From assembly GCA_937927515.1 (NCBI GenBank), contig CALBDO010000003.1, positions 1,066 through 65,065 of the forward strand: a stretch of DNA of 64,000 nucleotides. Direction: 5' to 3'. The notes below the pieces were generated by a model. It was not told the origin of the DNA. It ran no database searches and saw nothing but the letters and a program-made list of their open reading frames with translations. Of the stretch, positions 1 through 12,271 are shown piece after piece. Within the stretch, counting starts at the first letter, position 1. Each line of letters starts with the position of its first letter. The stretch is from Candidatus Kapaibacterium sp. (lineage in GTDB: Bacteria > Bacteroidota > Ignavibacteria > Kapaibacteriales > UBA2268). Made by a program: the position numbers and the translations under genes.

Positions 1-117
1 AATTATCTCAGAGGGTGTAATCATAGGAGTAGATTCAGTATCGAATTCTGGAATAGGATTGACAAGTATTTCAGTTTCGGCTTGTAAGTCAATAAATTCT
101 TCAACAATTTTTTCCAT
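1..117 (-). CDS. cas4: Cas4, N-terminal part only (runs off the window edge)
   Basis: Not in the ORF track. ATG at 117 reads MEKIVEEF...STPMITPSEII; ITPSEII resembles the Cas4 N-terminus before the YxxCPR motif, and the gene lies directly after cas2. Confidence 0.7.
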   Translation of the reverse strand, partial: MEKIVEEFIDLQAETEILVNPIPEFDTESTPMITPSEII

Positions 118-122
118 TGTTA

Positions 123-1401
<1,279 letters not shown>

Positions 1402-1457
1402 ATTTTTGAGAAAAAAAACAAATTTATAAATGGAATTAGTATTTAGGAGCAATCTTT

Positions 1458-2213
1458 TCATTGCATTTTCCGTTTGTATCCAGATTTATTTTTTGTTTTA
1501 GAAGGATGTGGAAAATAATTCAAAACAGATTTGCGATAATTTTCTAATTCATCCTTTTTAATGACTGTACCAAAACCTCTTGCCACAGATTTACCTATTC
1601 CCCAAAGTGAAGGTAAATCAAAGTTGACGGAGAAACTCCCGTAGAAACCAGCAAATTGTGTATCTTTAACATTCACGTTTATTGGTTTTAACGTCGCAAT
1701 GTGTGAATGAATATTTCTTTGAACAGTGTAACCAAGTGCTTTGGCAATTGATATCAAATTGGCTGTGAGGATATTTTCGAGCAGCCATTTCCTTTTCTGC
1801 AAACTGTCTTGTTGTTTATATTTTTCGAAATTTTCTTCATTTAAAGCTAGCCAGGGAGTTGTAAAGAAGTATTCTACTGGTTCCTCCAACTCACCAAAAT
1901 TTTCTTCTTTCAATTCTATTGCTTTGGAATGAATTTCTACCCAATTTTTATCGATGTCTAAAGATTGGATTTCGTCGAAGACCTTTTTAACAATATCTAT
2001 ACCCTCATTAAAAGCTACTAAAAGGCAGTTCCCATCAATAATTTTGTATTGCACTCTCGGGTAGGTATAAACCAAACTGCCATCGGGATTATGGTGATGA
2101 ACAATTGGATTATCCCAAAACACGTGACCGAGGAAACCTCGTATTTTCTCTGCATCGCGCTTTTGCAGAAAACCATCAATTGCAAAAAACAACCTAAGTG
2201 TTAAAGTTTTCAT
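1458..2213 (-). CDS. cas6: CRISPR-associated endoribonuclease Cas6 (Cas6b-like)
   Basis: C-terminal G-rich loop GIGKSVARGFG; YTYPRVQYK and FTTPWLALN motifs. Confidence 0.9.
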   Translation of the reverse strand: MKTLTLRLFFAIDGFLQKRDAEKIRGFLGHVFWDNPIVHHHNPDGSLVYTYPRVQYKIIDGNCLLVAFNEGIDIVKKVFDEIQSLDIDKNWVEIHSKAIELKEENFGELEEPVEYFFTTPWLALNEENFEKYKQQDSLQKRKWLLENILTANLISIAKALGYTVQRNIHSHIATLKPINVNVKDTQFAGFYGSFSVNFDLPSLWGIGKSVARGFGTVIKKDELENYRKSVLNYFPHPSKTKNKSGYKRKMQ

Positions 2214-2228
2214 CGCATTTTTAGTTAG

Positions 2229-4580
2229 TCACAACATAAAAGTCGATGTTTGTTCCTTGATTTTATATCCAGTTTCTTTGTCATAAAAAGCATCTAATAA
2301 GTCGTTGCTGACGTATCCTAGCTCAAATTCAATAATTGGTTGGTTAATTGCAAATCTTGGAATTGAAATCACATAGTCATAGAAATCGCTTTTGAACTTA
2401 TCAAATTCATTTTTGCGCTGAAATCTATTCTTTATTTCCCGCAAGGAAATGAATCTTTGCCAAATTTGTTGAGCTATTTCATCAATTTCAATAAAAACAT
2501 CAATTTGAGGATAATCGTCTTTAATTAAATTAAAATCCTTAACTTTCACAACATCGTCGTCGGGATGGTCGTAGATTAAATTAGAAATTGATTCCAACAG
2601 TTTCTTGGCACTTTCATTTGATTTTCTCTGAGTTGTTTCCAAAAAGTATTGTTGAGCTAAGTCCAAAACCTCTGGCTCTTCGATTATATTTTTGGACTTC
2701 AGGATGGACTCTGTAATGTCCAATAATACTTTGTCGTAAATGTAATTAGCAAATCTTTTACCATTTTCAATTAGATTATAGACATATACCTCCCCTTTAT
2801 TATTTGCATTTCTGTTGCAGCGCCCAGCAGATTGAATGATTGAGTCTAGTGGAGCAATATCCCGAACAACGACATCGAAATCAATGTCTACACCAGCTTC
2901 GACAAGCTGAGTGGAAATAACTATTTTGTAGACTTTTGTTTTGATTTTCTCAATCCTTTCTCTACGCTCTTTGGGTATGATATGAGCAGATAAAAATGTA
3001 ATATCGGATATAGGAACTAAATCCCCTTTGATAAGTTTGTTGTAAAAAGATTTTGCCGAACTAATCGTATTAAAGATGAAAAGATGTGACTTTTCCGCAA
3101 AATTAAACTGTTGTGCTAACTCATCCAGGGTGATGGGTTCATGAACTCTGGGAATTATGTTAATGCGATTTAAAGCATCAAAGTACGGTTTATGGTCACA
3201 GAGGTTCTTTATCTCACCAGGTTCAAAAATCAACGGTTGTGTAGCAGTCACAAGAATAACATACGAATTAAACTCATTAGTCAGTTCAAGAAGTAGTTTG
3301 CGAATGAGCAACCAAAAGTTAATAGGAATTGATTGAACTTCGTCGAGGATAATAATTGAATTTGCAAGTCTATGGAATTTCCTTAAACAACGATTGTGAT
3401 AAGAAACAAGAGTATGGAAGAATTGAACAAATGTTGTAACAATTATTTCGGCATTCCATCCTTCAATTAATATTCTTGCCCAGTCCGTTGTGGAAGTTTG
3501 GTCGCTCTCACTATTTACCTTAGAAACCAACTTACTATGTTCGTATCGAATATCACTAAGATGATGATGCTTTAAAATAATGTCCGACTTTGGTTCAATA
3601 CCATTTGCTTGAAGTACCTCTTCAAACACGCTAAAATTTTGGTCGATTATACTCAGAAATGGCAAACAGTATATGATGCGATGGTTGTTGTTTAGTTTTT
3701 CACGCAGTTTCAGAGCAAACGAAAGCGAAGTAAGCGTCTTTCCCAATCCAGTTGGTAAGTTTAATGAATAAATTCTCTGTCTTGTATCGATTTCAAAAGA
3801 GAGCACTTCTTTGTATGCCTTTTCTCGAAGGGTATTGATTGATGAGAACGAAAAATTATAATTGCTTTTGAATTTATCCACCAAACACGATGGAATGGCG
3901 GTTCGTAATGTATAAACTTGTTCGTCTCTTACAACAACATCACTTTTGTCGGCATCCAGTAAAATAGAGTAAATTAAGTTTAACAGAAGATAATTCAAAG
4001 TGCTAGGTTCAGAGCTTTTGTGGAGCCGTTTCAAATTTTTTATGTATGTTTTCAAATCAGTTCGAACCCAGTTTCCAAACTCTTCTAAGTTTAGGCTCAA
4101 TTTGAACTTACTTCGGTTGACATTTTCAATTAATTTTCGAAATTTATTAGAGTCGATAGCAGAAATTTGAGCATTAAGTAATTCAATAATATCATCATTG
4201 GCATTAAAATCGAAAACAGTATAATTTAAATTTCCATGATGATGCTTAATAGCCAAGAAAACTAAACTAGCATCGAATTTGTCCAAATATTTTGATGCTT
4301 CGTGCAACCCCATAAATGCCGAGAGGAGACTGTGCTGAGAATACTCGGTTTTAAGTTTCACACCTTCAGAGGAAGTTATATATTCTTGGAAAAATTTAGT
4401 TGCTTTTCCTAAATCATGACAAATTGCCGAGAAGTAAACAATTGAACGAATTCTGTCTTGGATAGGCTTTGGTTTCTCTGAAATGAAAATTTCTGCAAAA
4501 CGAGCCACCCCGACAAGGTGGTCCTCCAAAAGCTTGTCGGGATGGGAATAGATTTCAGAAGAAAGCGATTTTTGTTCCAT
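2229..4580 (-). CDS. cas3: Cas3 HD nuclease-helicase
   Basis: HDLGK HD motif, LPTGLGKT Walker A, DEVQ, TATQP, STQLVEAGVDID and QSAGRCNR. Confidence 0.95.
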   Translation of the reverse strand: MEQKSLSSEIYSHPDKLLEDHLVGVARFAEIFISEKPKPIQDRIRSIVYFSAICHDLGKATKFFQEYITSSEGVKLKTEYSQHSLLSAFMGLHEASKYLDKFDASLVFLAIKHHHGNLNYTVFDFNANDDIIELLNAQISAIDSNKFRKLIENVNRSKFKLSLNLEEFGNWVRTDLKTYIKNLKRLHKSSEPSTLNYLLLNLIYSILLDADKSDVVVRDEQVYTLRTAIPSCLVDKFKSNYNFSFSSINTLREKAYKEVLSFEIDTRQRIYSLNLPTGLGKTLTSLSFALKLREKLNNNHRIIYCLPFLSIIDQNFSVFEEVLQANGIEPKSDIILKHHHLSDIRYEHSKLVSKVNSESDQTSTTDWARILIEGWNAEIIVTTFVQFFHTLVSYHNRCLRKFHRLANSIIILDEVQSIPINFWLLIRKLLLELTNEFNSYVILVTATQPLIFEPGEIKNLCDHKPYFDALNRINIIPRVHEPITLDELAQQFNFAEKSHLFIFNTISSAKSFYNKLIKGDLVPISDITFLSAHIIPKERRERIEKIKTKVYKIVISTQLVEAGVDIDFDVVVRDIAPLDSIIQSAGRCNRNANNKGEVYVYNLIENGKRFANYIYDKVLLDITESILKSKNIIEEPEVLDLAQQYFLETTQRKSNESAKKLLESISNLIYDHPDDDVVKVKDFNLIKDDYPQIDVFIEIDEIAQQIWQRFISLREIKNRFQRKNEFDKFKSDFYDYVISIPRFAINQPIIEFELGYVSNDLLDAFYDKETGYKIKEQTSTFML

Positions 4581-5280
4581 TAGAAAGAGTTTGAAAAAGT
4601 TTAACCTTTGCAGTTACAGTTCCACAGAGAGGTTCAAATATTACCTCGTCGTAGTTTAGGACAAGACGCTCGGGTGTCATAAAAACTGGAATTCGTTCTT
4701 TAAAGTAGGTTTTTCCTTTTTCGAGTTGAACGCTTTCAAGACTTAGTAAATTTTTTGAAAGTACAGGTGTTACAATTTCAACAAATTCATTACTTACAGA
4801 GTCTGAGAAATCAAATTCTCCAACAAATTCAAAGTTAGCCAGTAATTCGCTTAAACCAAGTGAGATTGTGAAATGTGTACGATGCTCAACTAAATTATCT
4901 AAAATTTTCTGGTAGATGTTATTTGCTTGGTGAGTAAAGTAAATTCTGAATTTCGGTGAGACCAAGAACTCTGTGCGTATCTGCGTTCTCACAAGAGGGG
5001 TTGAAGCGGGGCGGTAAATATTTAAGCCTTTAGTTTCAGAAAGGTTAATCCCCATTCTAACCTTTCTTATTGGTTGAAGAATTTGAACAGCCAGCTTACA
5101 GTGGTCGTTCATAAAAAGCCTCAAATAGTCATTTCTTGTTTTATCGGCACCATATATAGCCCCAAGCATTCCAGCAATTGTAGGTGGTGGTGGAAGTGAA
5201 AAGGTTAGTGGGGAACTCGTAGTATAATATTTCTTGAAATGTGCATAATCTCCCCATATATCAAATACTATGAGCCTCAT
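4555..5280 (-). CDS. cas5: Cas5, type I-B
   Basis: WGDYAHFKKYYTTSSPLTFSLPPPPTIAGMLGAI N-terminus and SLGLSELLA loop. Confidence 0.92.
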   Translation of the reverse strand: MRLIVFDIWGDYAHFKKYYTTSSPLTFSLPPPPTIAGMLGAIYGADKTRNDYLRLFMNDHCKLAVQILQPIRKVRMGINLSETKGLNIYRPASTPLVRTQIRTEFLVSPKFRIYFTHQANNIYQKILDNLVEHRTHFTISLGLSELLANFEFVGEFDFSDSVSNEFVEIVTPVLSKNLLSLESVQLEKGKTYFKERIPVFMTPERLVLNYDEVIFEPLCGTVTAKVKLFQTLSNGTKIAFF

Positions 5281-5289
5281 ACCGCTCCA

Positions 5290-6273
5290 TTAAAAGTTGA
5301 AATACTCACAATTAAGGAAAGAAAAAGCATTATTAACATCAATGTCGTAGCCATCGGATGTAAACTTTACTCTTGAATCAAATTTAAATCTAATTTTTTC
5401 GATTTTGTTTGCATTCTTCTTTAAAATGTCGATTAATGGTCTTATCTCTAATTTAAAATCATCGACGTCCCGAATAGCCTCTTCCTCTTTATTAGTCACA
5501 AGATGTACAAATTTATCCAATTCACCAACGTGGAAGTCTTCGTTAGATTTATAAACTACTTGCAAAAGAAATCTCGGAACCTGACCGAATTTTGAACCAG
5601 AGATTAAATTTCTAGTTCCATTCCAAATTGCTTCGAGCATTAAGTCCACATCTTCCTCAGTCAACTCAATATCAATATTAGCTTGCTTGGTAGCATTCTC
5701 ATTAACCACTCCATAGAAACATATCAAAGAGTAAGGGAGTATATATTTTTCCCAAAAGGTACCTTGCTCAACACCTGCCTTCGAGGGCATAATTGTTGTC
5801 CCCTTGTAATAAGTCAGATCAACTTTATGAAGTGAACGTCCAAATTTAAATTGAACCGGCCCCGTGATAGAAAAGGCACCTTCACCTTCTGTTTTTGTCT
5901 CGGTATCCTGGCTTGAATCAACATCCGTTTTGCCTTTCACTTTTTTATCTTTCTTTAGTGCAAAAGTTCCACCAAAAAGCCGAATATCAATGCATCTTTT
6001 AACAACCTCATTTTGGCTTTGATAATTATCAAATAAATCTTCTTTAGTTTTACGTTTTCCGTCAGGGGTATATTCCTTGCGCACGAAGATTTCGTGTCCT
6101 TTTTCGCGAAGGTAATCTCGAATAGTTCTCTTGAGCCGCACGTCTGTCACTATGTTGATTCCAGTTTCTTCATCGATGCGAGGCTTGTTTTCATCAACGG
6201 GGTCTCCATTGGGGTTTGCGTCTTTTACGTCGTATAGGAAAAGAATTTCAGAGCGATTATGAATTGCGTTCAT
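5290..6273 (-). CDS. cas7: Cas7/Csh2, type I-B
   Basis: NPNGDP...PRID, VTDVRLKRTIRDY, DIRLFGG and ITGPVQF motifs. Confidence 0.93.
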   Translation of the reverse strand: MNAIHNRSEILFLYDVKDANPNGDPVDENKPRIDEETGINIVTDVRLKRTIRDYLREKGHEIFVRKEYTPDGKRKTKEDLFDNYQSQNEVVKRCIDIRLFGGTFALKKDKKVKGKTDVDSSQDTETKTEGEGAFSITGPVQFKFGRSLHKVDLTYYKGTTIMPSKAGVEQGTFWEKYILPYSLICFYGVVNENATKQANIDIELTEEDVDLMLEAIWNGTRNLISGSKFGQVPRFLLQVVYKSNEDFHVGELDKFVHLVTNKEEEAIRDVDDFKLEIRPLIDILKKNANKIEKIRFKFDSRVKFTSDGYDIDVNNAFSFLNCEYFNF

Positions 6274-6686
6274 TGTCCCTCCTCTTTATTATTGTTATCA
6301 CCATATAAAATTTTAACAATTCTTTTTTCAAGATTCATCCCACAGGCGAAGTAAAAGTTCATCTCATCGACTGGCATTTTCCAGTCGTTTTCGCTTGCTT
6401 GCAAGAACAGATCACTTATCTCCTCTGCAAGTTCTCGTTTCCCCAAGTCCCAGCGTTCGTACTCTTGGAATTTGTTCATAATCTCTGGCAATAAGCCACG
6501 AATATCCGCAGCGGTCATAGATAGACTTTTAAGCTTTTTGAGAAAAGGTCTGGAGCTTCTCAAACTGTATTGTACGTAAAGAAGCATCTCCGTCAACGCA
6601 CCAAGTAAAAATATAGCTCGCTTTGCTGGATTGTTTAATGTTTCTCCATATTTCTCAAAAATTGCGTCGAATTTTGAGTTAGGCAT
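6270..6686 (-). CDS. cas11: Putative Cas11b small subunit translated from an internal start in cas8b (138 aa)
   Basis: AAGGAGGT Shine-Dalgarno (6691-6698, minus strand) lies 4 nt before an in-frame ATG at cas8b codon 481 (MPNSKFDAIF). Confidence 0.7.
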   Translation of the reverse strand: MPNSKFDAIFEKYGETLNNPAKRAIFLLGALTEMLLYVQYSLRSSRPFLKKLKSLSMTAADIRGLLPEIMNKFQEYERWDLGKRELAEEISDLFLQASENDWKMPVDEMNFYFACGMNLEKRIVKILYGDNNNKEEGQ

Positions 6687-8126
6687 AGATACCTCCTTTT
6701 TGAAATCCAACAATTTTAACTCTTTAAAAAATTCTGTATTCATCATTGCTTCTGTAATGGGAATATCGTAAAATTTCTCACTTGTTATTGCTTTACGTAT
6801 GATATTCATATAAAATCGAGTGAGAAACCTCCAATCAAGGGGCCTACTCTTAAACACACAATTCACAATTTCAAGAAAATATTTATCGAGGTCGGAATTC
6901 CTTTTCAATTGGTCGGTCTTCTGAAAAAATGTTCTAACCTTTCCAAAATTGTATTGTTTTAGTCTTTCGAACCAATCGGTCTGTTTGTCAGTACGCTCCT
7001 TTCTCTTTTGGCTTTTTTCCCATATTTCTTTAAAGTCTTCCATTAGTTCTTGAAATTTCTTCTCGACATGTTTCTTGGCATCAAATATCTTTTTAATTTG
7101 AGAGGGAAAAACATCTTCAATATGTAGTAGAATTCGTTCAGCGGAATTGTCTGCTCTTACAAACATTAGATTAACGGTAAGAAAGTCTTTCACTTTGTCT
7201 CCCTCTTTCAGTAATGAGAGAATTTCAGATTCATCATTTGTTATTTGTTCTTCGATTTGCTTGACGGCCACGGCATCTCCCAAAGATACATCTTTGATTG
7301 TATATTTCCATAACTCGGTCAAAATTTCTTCCTTAAGCTCAGTTTCACCTACAAAAAATTTTGGGATTAGCCAGTAAGACAGTCCATAAAACTTAAAAGT
7401 TAAATAAATTTCAATGAAATTCTTCCCAGCCTTTAGTAAGGTACGACAATTCTGACACACTGGAATGTTTCTCCAAGCAATTTTCTCATTTAAGCCCCCA
7501 ACGATAAACCCTGGTTTATCAATTGTATCAAATTGAAATGCAGAAGTACGAACCGTAACGAATTTCTTTTCACCGCAAACAGAGCAATATCCATCGTGCC
7601 ATTCACAATCTTCTAACGATTGCAGCCAAAAATCCTTAACATCCTCAAATTCGCCAAGATACTTCCCATTTATTTTCAAACCAATAAAAACTTTATCATT
7701 TTTACCAAAATCAGAGAGTCTTTGGGATAATTCTTGCGTAATTTCGTCTCTGTTTTCATCTAAAAATTTCTCAATTTTCTCAAAATCTACAAGGCTCAAC
7801 TTGCCAAAGGGCACGTTTTTTGAAAAATTTTTGAACCAGCCATAAACCTTTTTCCAGAAAGTTTTTTCTATATCTGTGTATGGTAAAAATGGCGCTTGAA
7901 TGTTACCTTTTGTATAATCTTCATCGAATAAGTATAAGACAATTTTTGATGCATCAAAATCTTCAACGGTTATGTCAAAATGAAATTTTTCTTCGTGAGC
8001 TAAAATATTTACAAACACAGCATAGTACCTTTCGCCTCTACTCACAGAGGTCTTTTTTGCAATTTTTGAAATTGGTATTTTGTGTTTGTTTGCAAAAAGG
8101 CCAAGTTCTCTAACTGCATCGAGCAT
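6270..8126 (-). CDS. cas8b: Cas8b (TM1802/Csh1-like) large subunit
   Basis: First gene of the operon; CSVCG and CQNC zinc-finger pair, DKPGF, and C-terminal FLLGAL...NFYFACGM. Confidence 0.85.
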   Translation of the reverse strand: MLDAVRELGLFANKHKIPISKIAKKTSVSRGERYYAVFVNILAHEEKFHFDITVEDFDASKIVLYLFDEDYTKGNIQAPFLPYTDIEKTFWKKVYGWFKNFSKNVPFGKLSLVDFEKIEKFLDENRDEITQELSQRLSDFGKNDKVFIGLKINGKYLGEFEDVKDFWLQSLEDCEWHDGYCSVCGEKKFVTVRTSAFQFDTIDKPGFIVGGLNEKIAWRNIPVCQNCRTLLKAGKNFIEIYLTFKFYGLSYWLIPKFFVGETELKEEILTELWKYTIKDVSLGDAVAVKQIEEQITNDESEILSLLKEGDKVKDFLTVNLMFVRADNSAERILLHIEDVFPSQIKKIFDAKKHVEKKFQELMEDFKEIWEKSQKRKERTDKQTDWFERLKQYNFGKVRTFFQKTDQLKRNSDLDKYFLEIVNCVFKSRPLDWRFLTRFYMNIIRKAITSEKFYDIPITEAMMNTEFFKELKLLDFKKEVSMPNSKFDAIFEKYGETLNNPAKRAIFLLGALTEMLLYVQYSLRSSRPFLKKLKSLSMTAADIRGLLPEIMNKFQEYERWDLGKRELAEEISDLFLQASENDWKMPVDEMNFYFACGMNLEKRIVKILYGDNNNKEEGQ

Positions 8127-8457
8127 ATTGCCCTCGTTAATTTATATGACTTTGGTTTTCATCCAATTTTTTTTATTCCTAACGTATATTAAATCTTGAT
8201 ACTCAAAAAATTTATTTCCTATACTATTTCTATAATTTAAAGTAAAAAATAAACCCTTAAAAGTCAAAATTAAAATAAAATTCGAAATTTTCAACATATT
8301 TAACGAAAAATAATGTCGTTGAAGGCAATTTTTTAAAAAAAATTTTAACTTTTAATTCAAAGAAAAATATAACTAATCCCTGAAAAAGTTAACTATCTGT
8401 TTTTACGAAGTTCCTAGTGAATGAAGTCTTAATGAAAATATAAACAGAATTTGTTAA

Positions 8458-9933
<1,476 letters not shown>

Positions 9934-9958
9934 TCTTTTTGCTAATTTCACATTAATG

Positions 9959-9988
9959 AAACCAGATGGCAGCTCCATCTGGTTTTTT
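9959..9988 (+). terminator. Intrinsic terminator after tpl
   Basis: AACCAGATGG-CAGCT-CCATCTGGTT stem followed by a T run. Confidence 0.85.
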
Positions 9989-10073
9989 AAATATTATTTC
10001 TGAAGTTCAATTTTCAGAAGATGTTTGGAGAGCCTATAACTAATCAATTAATCTTAGGTAAATTTAAAATGGT

Positions 10074-11552
10074 CTATGATTTATTTTTAAACAAAGCATT
10101 TAAATGACTTGTTATCAAATTTCTCTCAGCATTGCTGAAAATACCAAAAACAAAAGGAGTAAAAACAAATAATAGCAAACCAATACATCGTAGTAAAAAT
10201 TTAGAAATTAAATCGAAATTTTGAGTTAAAAAGAAAAAAATCATAAAATGAATTATCATTAAGATTAAAAGAGGAATAATCTTCCCCCATTGATAATGAA
10301 TCGGATAAACTCTCTGAGAAAAATAATAAATTATAATTACAGAAGTTAAGTACGCAAGAAGAGTAGACCAGGCAGCACCACGATAACCGAAAAATGGAAT
10401 TAATATTAAATTGAACAAAACATTGGTTAGAGCTGCAATACCAACAGAAATCGGAAGGTATTGAGTTTGTTTTTGGATATTAATCCCAGCAGTGAAATTT
10501 ATATAAAAGCCATTAAACAGATAGCCTAACATAACAATTGGTATAATATTTAACCCTTCCCAATACGTTGGTTCGATAAATTTACCTCCAAAGAAAGGCA
10601 ACCGAATAACGTATTCGATAAAAAATCCATTAGCAAGAAAAATAACACCAGCAAAATAAACAAAATATTTAAAGATTCGTGCAAACAAATCCTTTGCATC
10701 CTCGCTTTCGTAATGAGTTAAATAGAATGGCCTCCAAGCATAATCATACATTGCTACAAAGAGCATCATCGGAATTGCTAAACGATAATTAACCATATAT
10801 ATACCTACTTGGTGGGAGTCCGTAAGGTACCTTAATATGGGTCTATCAACTACTTGTAAAATAATTCCAGAGAAAGTTGCAGGTACTGTTGGGAAACCAT
10901 ATTTAAACATCTCTTTGAAAAGCTTAAAATTCCAACGAAATAAAAATAACTTGAACAAAATTGGTATAAACAAAGCAAAACCTACAACGTTCGCAATCAA
11001 TTGGGCATAAAACACACCCTTGATACCAATCCTAAGTATTACAACAAAATAAATATTGAAAGCTACAGCAATAATTATCAAAGTAAATCTAATGATGGAG
11101 AATTTCCATACTTGTCGAGTAATTCTTAGAAAGGCATATGGGACAACCATAAGACAATCTGTAAGAGGGACCAATGTTGCAAGCTTCACAACTGATTGTG
11201 CATCTGGAAGATTCGTCAAATAACCAGCGATACTGCTTGTTGAAAAAATTAGTACAAGTGAAAAAACCACAGATATAGCAAAAATTGTTAAATATGAATA
11301 GGTAAAAGCTATTCGACTTTGTTCCAAATTGTCTTTGGAATAAAACCTAAAAAAAGCAGCATCCATCCCAAAAGAATAAATAACATTTACAAAGGCAATT
11401 AGAGCAAAAAAATTTCCAACATCCCCAACTTCCTCGACCGTTAAATAATTAGTATAAAAGGGTGTAAGTAAAAAAGTTAGGAATCTTCCTATTAAGATAA
11501 AAATTCCATATGTAAATGTGTCGCCCGCTAAACTTAATACCCTACTTTTCAT
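10074..11552 (-). CDS. MOP-superfamily oligosaccharide/polysaccharide flippase (Wzx-like)
   Basis: Many transmembrane helices; RFLTFLLTPFYT, DR and LNLILIP..GYRGAAWSTL-type motifs. Confidence 0.8.
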   Translation of the reverse strand: MKSRVLSLAGDTFTYGIFILIGRFLTFLLTPFYTNYLTVEEVGDVGNFFALIAFVNVIYSFGMDAAFFRFYSKDNLEQSRIAFTYSYLTIFAISVVFSLVLIFSTSSIAGYLTNLPDAQSVVKLATLVPLTDCLMVVPYAFLRITRQVWKFSIIRFTLIIIAVAFNIYFVVILRIGIKGVFYAQLIANVVGFALFIPILFKLFLFRWNFKLFKEMFKYGFPTVPATFSGIILQVVDRPILRYLTDSHQVGIYMVNYRLAIPMMLFVAMYDYAWRPFYLTHYESEDAKDLFARIFKYFVYFAGVIFLANGFFIEYVIRLPFFGGKFIEPTYWEGLNIIPIVMLGYLFNGFYINFTAGINIQKQTQYLPISVGIAALTNVLFNLILIPFFGYRGAAWSTLLAYLTSVIIIYYFSQRVYPIHYQWGKIIPLLILMIIHFMIFFFLTQNFDLISKFLLRCIGLLLFVFTPFVFGIFSNAERNLITSHLNALFKNKS

Positions 11553-11679
11553 TAAACTTTTATTAAAACAAACAAAATTAGAAAAATTATTGCCAAAACT
11601 AAACCCTCTAAATGATTATATGAGTAATTTTTTAGCTCCATTTGTTTAATTTTATACTTTTGAGAACTAATGGTGAATA

Positions 11680-12216
11680 ATGACCCGAGAAGAATTAGGA
11701 TTGGAAATTTTTAAAGTTTCGCATATTACAGGGGAATTCAAATTGCGCTCCGGTATTTTTAGCAATGAATATTTCGATAAGTATCAGTTTGAATGCCGAC
11801 CCAACCTTTTAAGTGAAATAACAAATTATTTAAGAGGTATGTTACCTTCTGAGTTCGACTTACTCGCTGGTTTGGAAACTGGGGGAATTCCGCTTGCAAC
11901 TGCACTTGCTCTAAAAACTGGAAAGCCAATGGTTCTTGTAAGAAAAAAAGCCAAAGATTATGGAACAATGAAATTGGCTGAAGGTCCAAATATTAAACAA
12001 ATGAATCTTATTGTTATTGAAGATGTTGTAACCAGCGGTGGTCAAATTTTAAAAAGCATTGAGGATATTAGAAAAATTGGTGGGTTTTGCAATTTAGCGC
12101 TATGTGTTATCGACCGTGAACAAGGTGGACCAGAAACATTATCTAAAATCGGTGTCGAACTAAGGTCCTTGTTCAAAATGAGTGAATTAAAACAATTGGC
12201 TCAGACAAGGCTTTAA
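11680..12216 (+). CDS. pyrE: Orotate phosphoribosyltransferase
   Basis: GEFKLRSG..S..YFDK, VRKKAKDYGT and PRPP-binding VIEDVVTSGG. Confidence 0.92.
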   Translation: MTREELGLEIFKVSHITGEFKLRSGIFSNEYFDKYQFECRPNLLSEITNYLRGMLPSEFDLLAGLETGGIPLATALALKTGKPMVLVRKKAKDYGTMKLAEGPNIKQMNLIVIEDVVTSGGQILKSIEDIRKIGGFCNLALCVIDREQGGPETLSKIGVELRSLFKMSELKQLAQTRL

Positions 12217-12271
12217 CAAACCACTTTTGGCATAAGATTTGTTTGCTTTTTAATGGTCATATTTTGAAATT

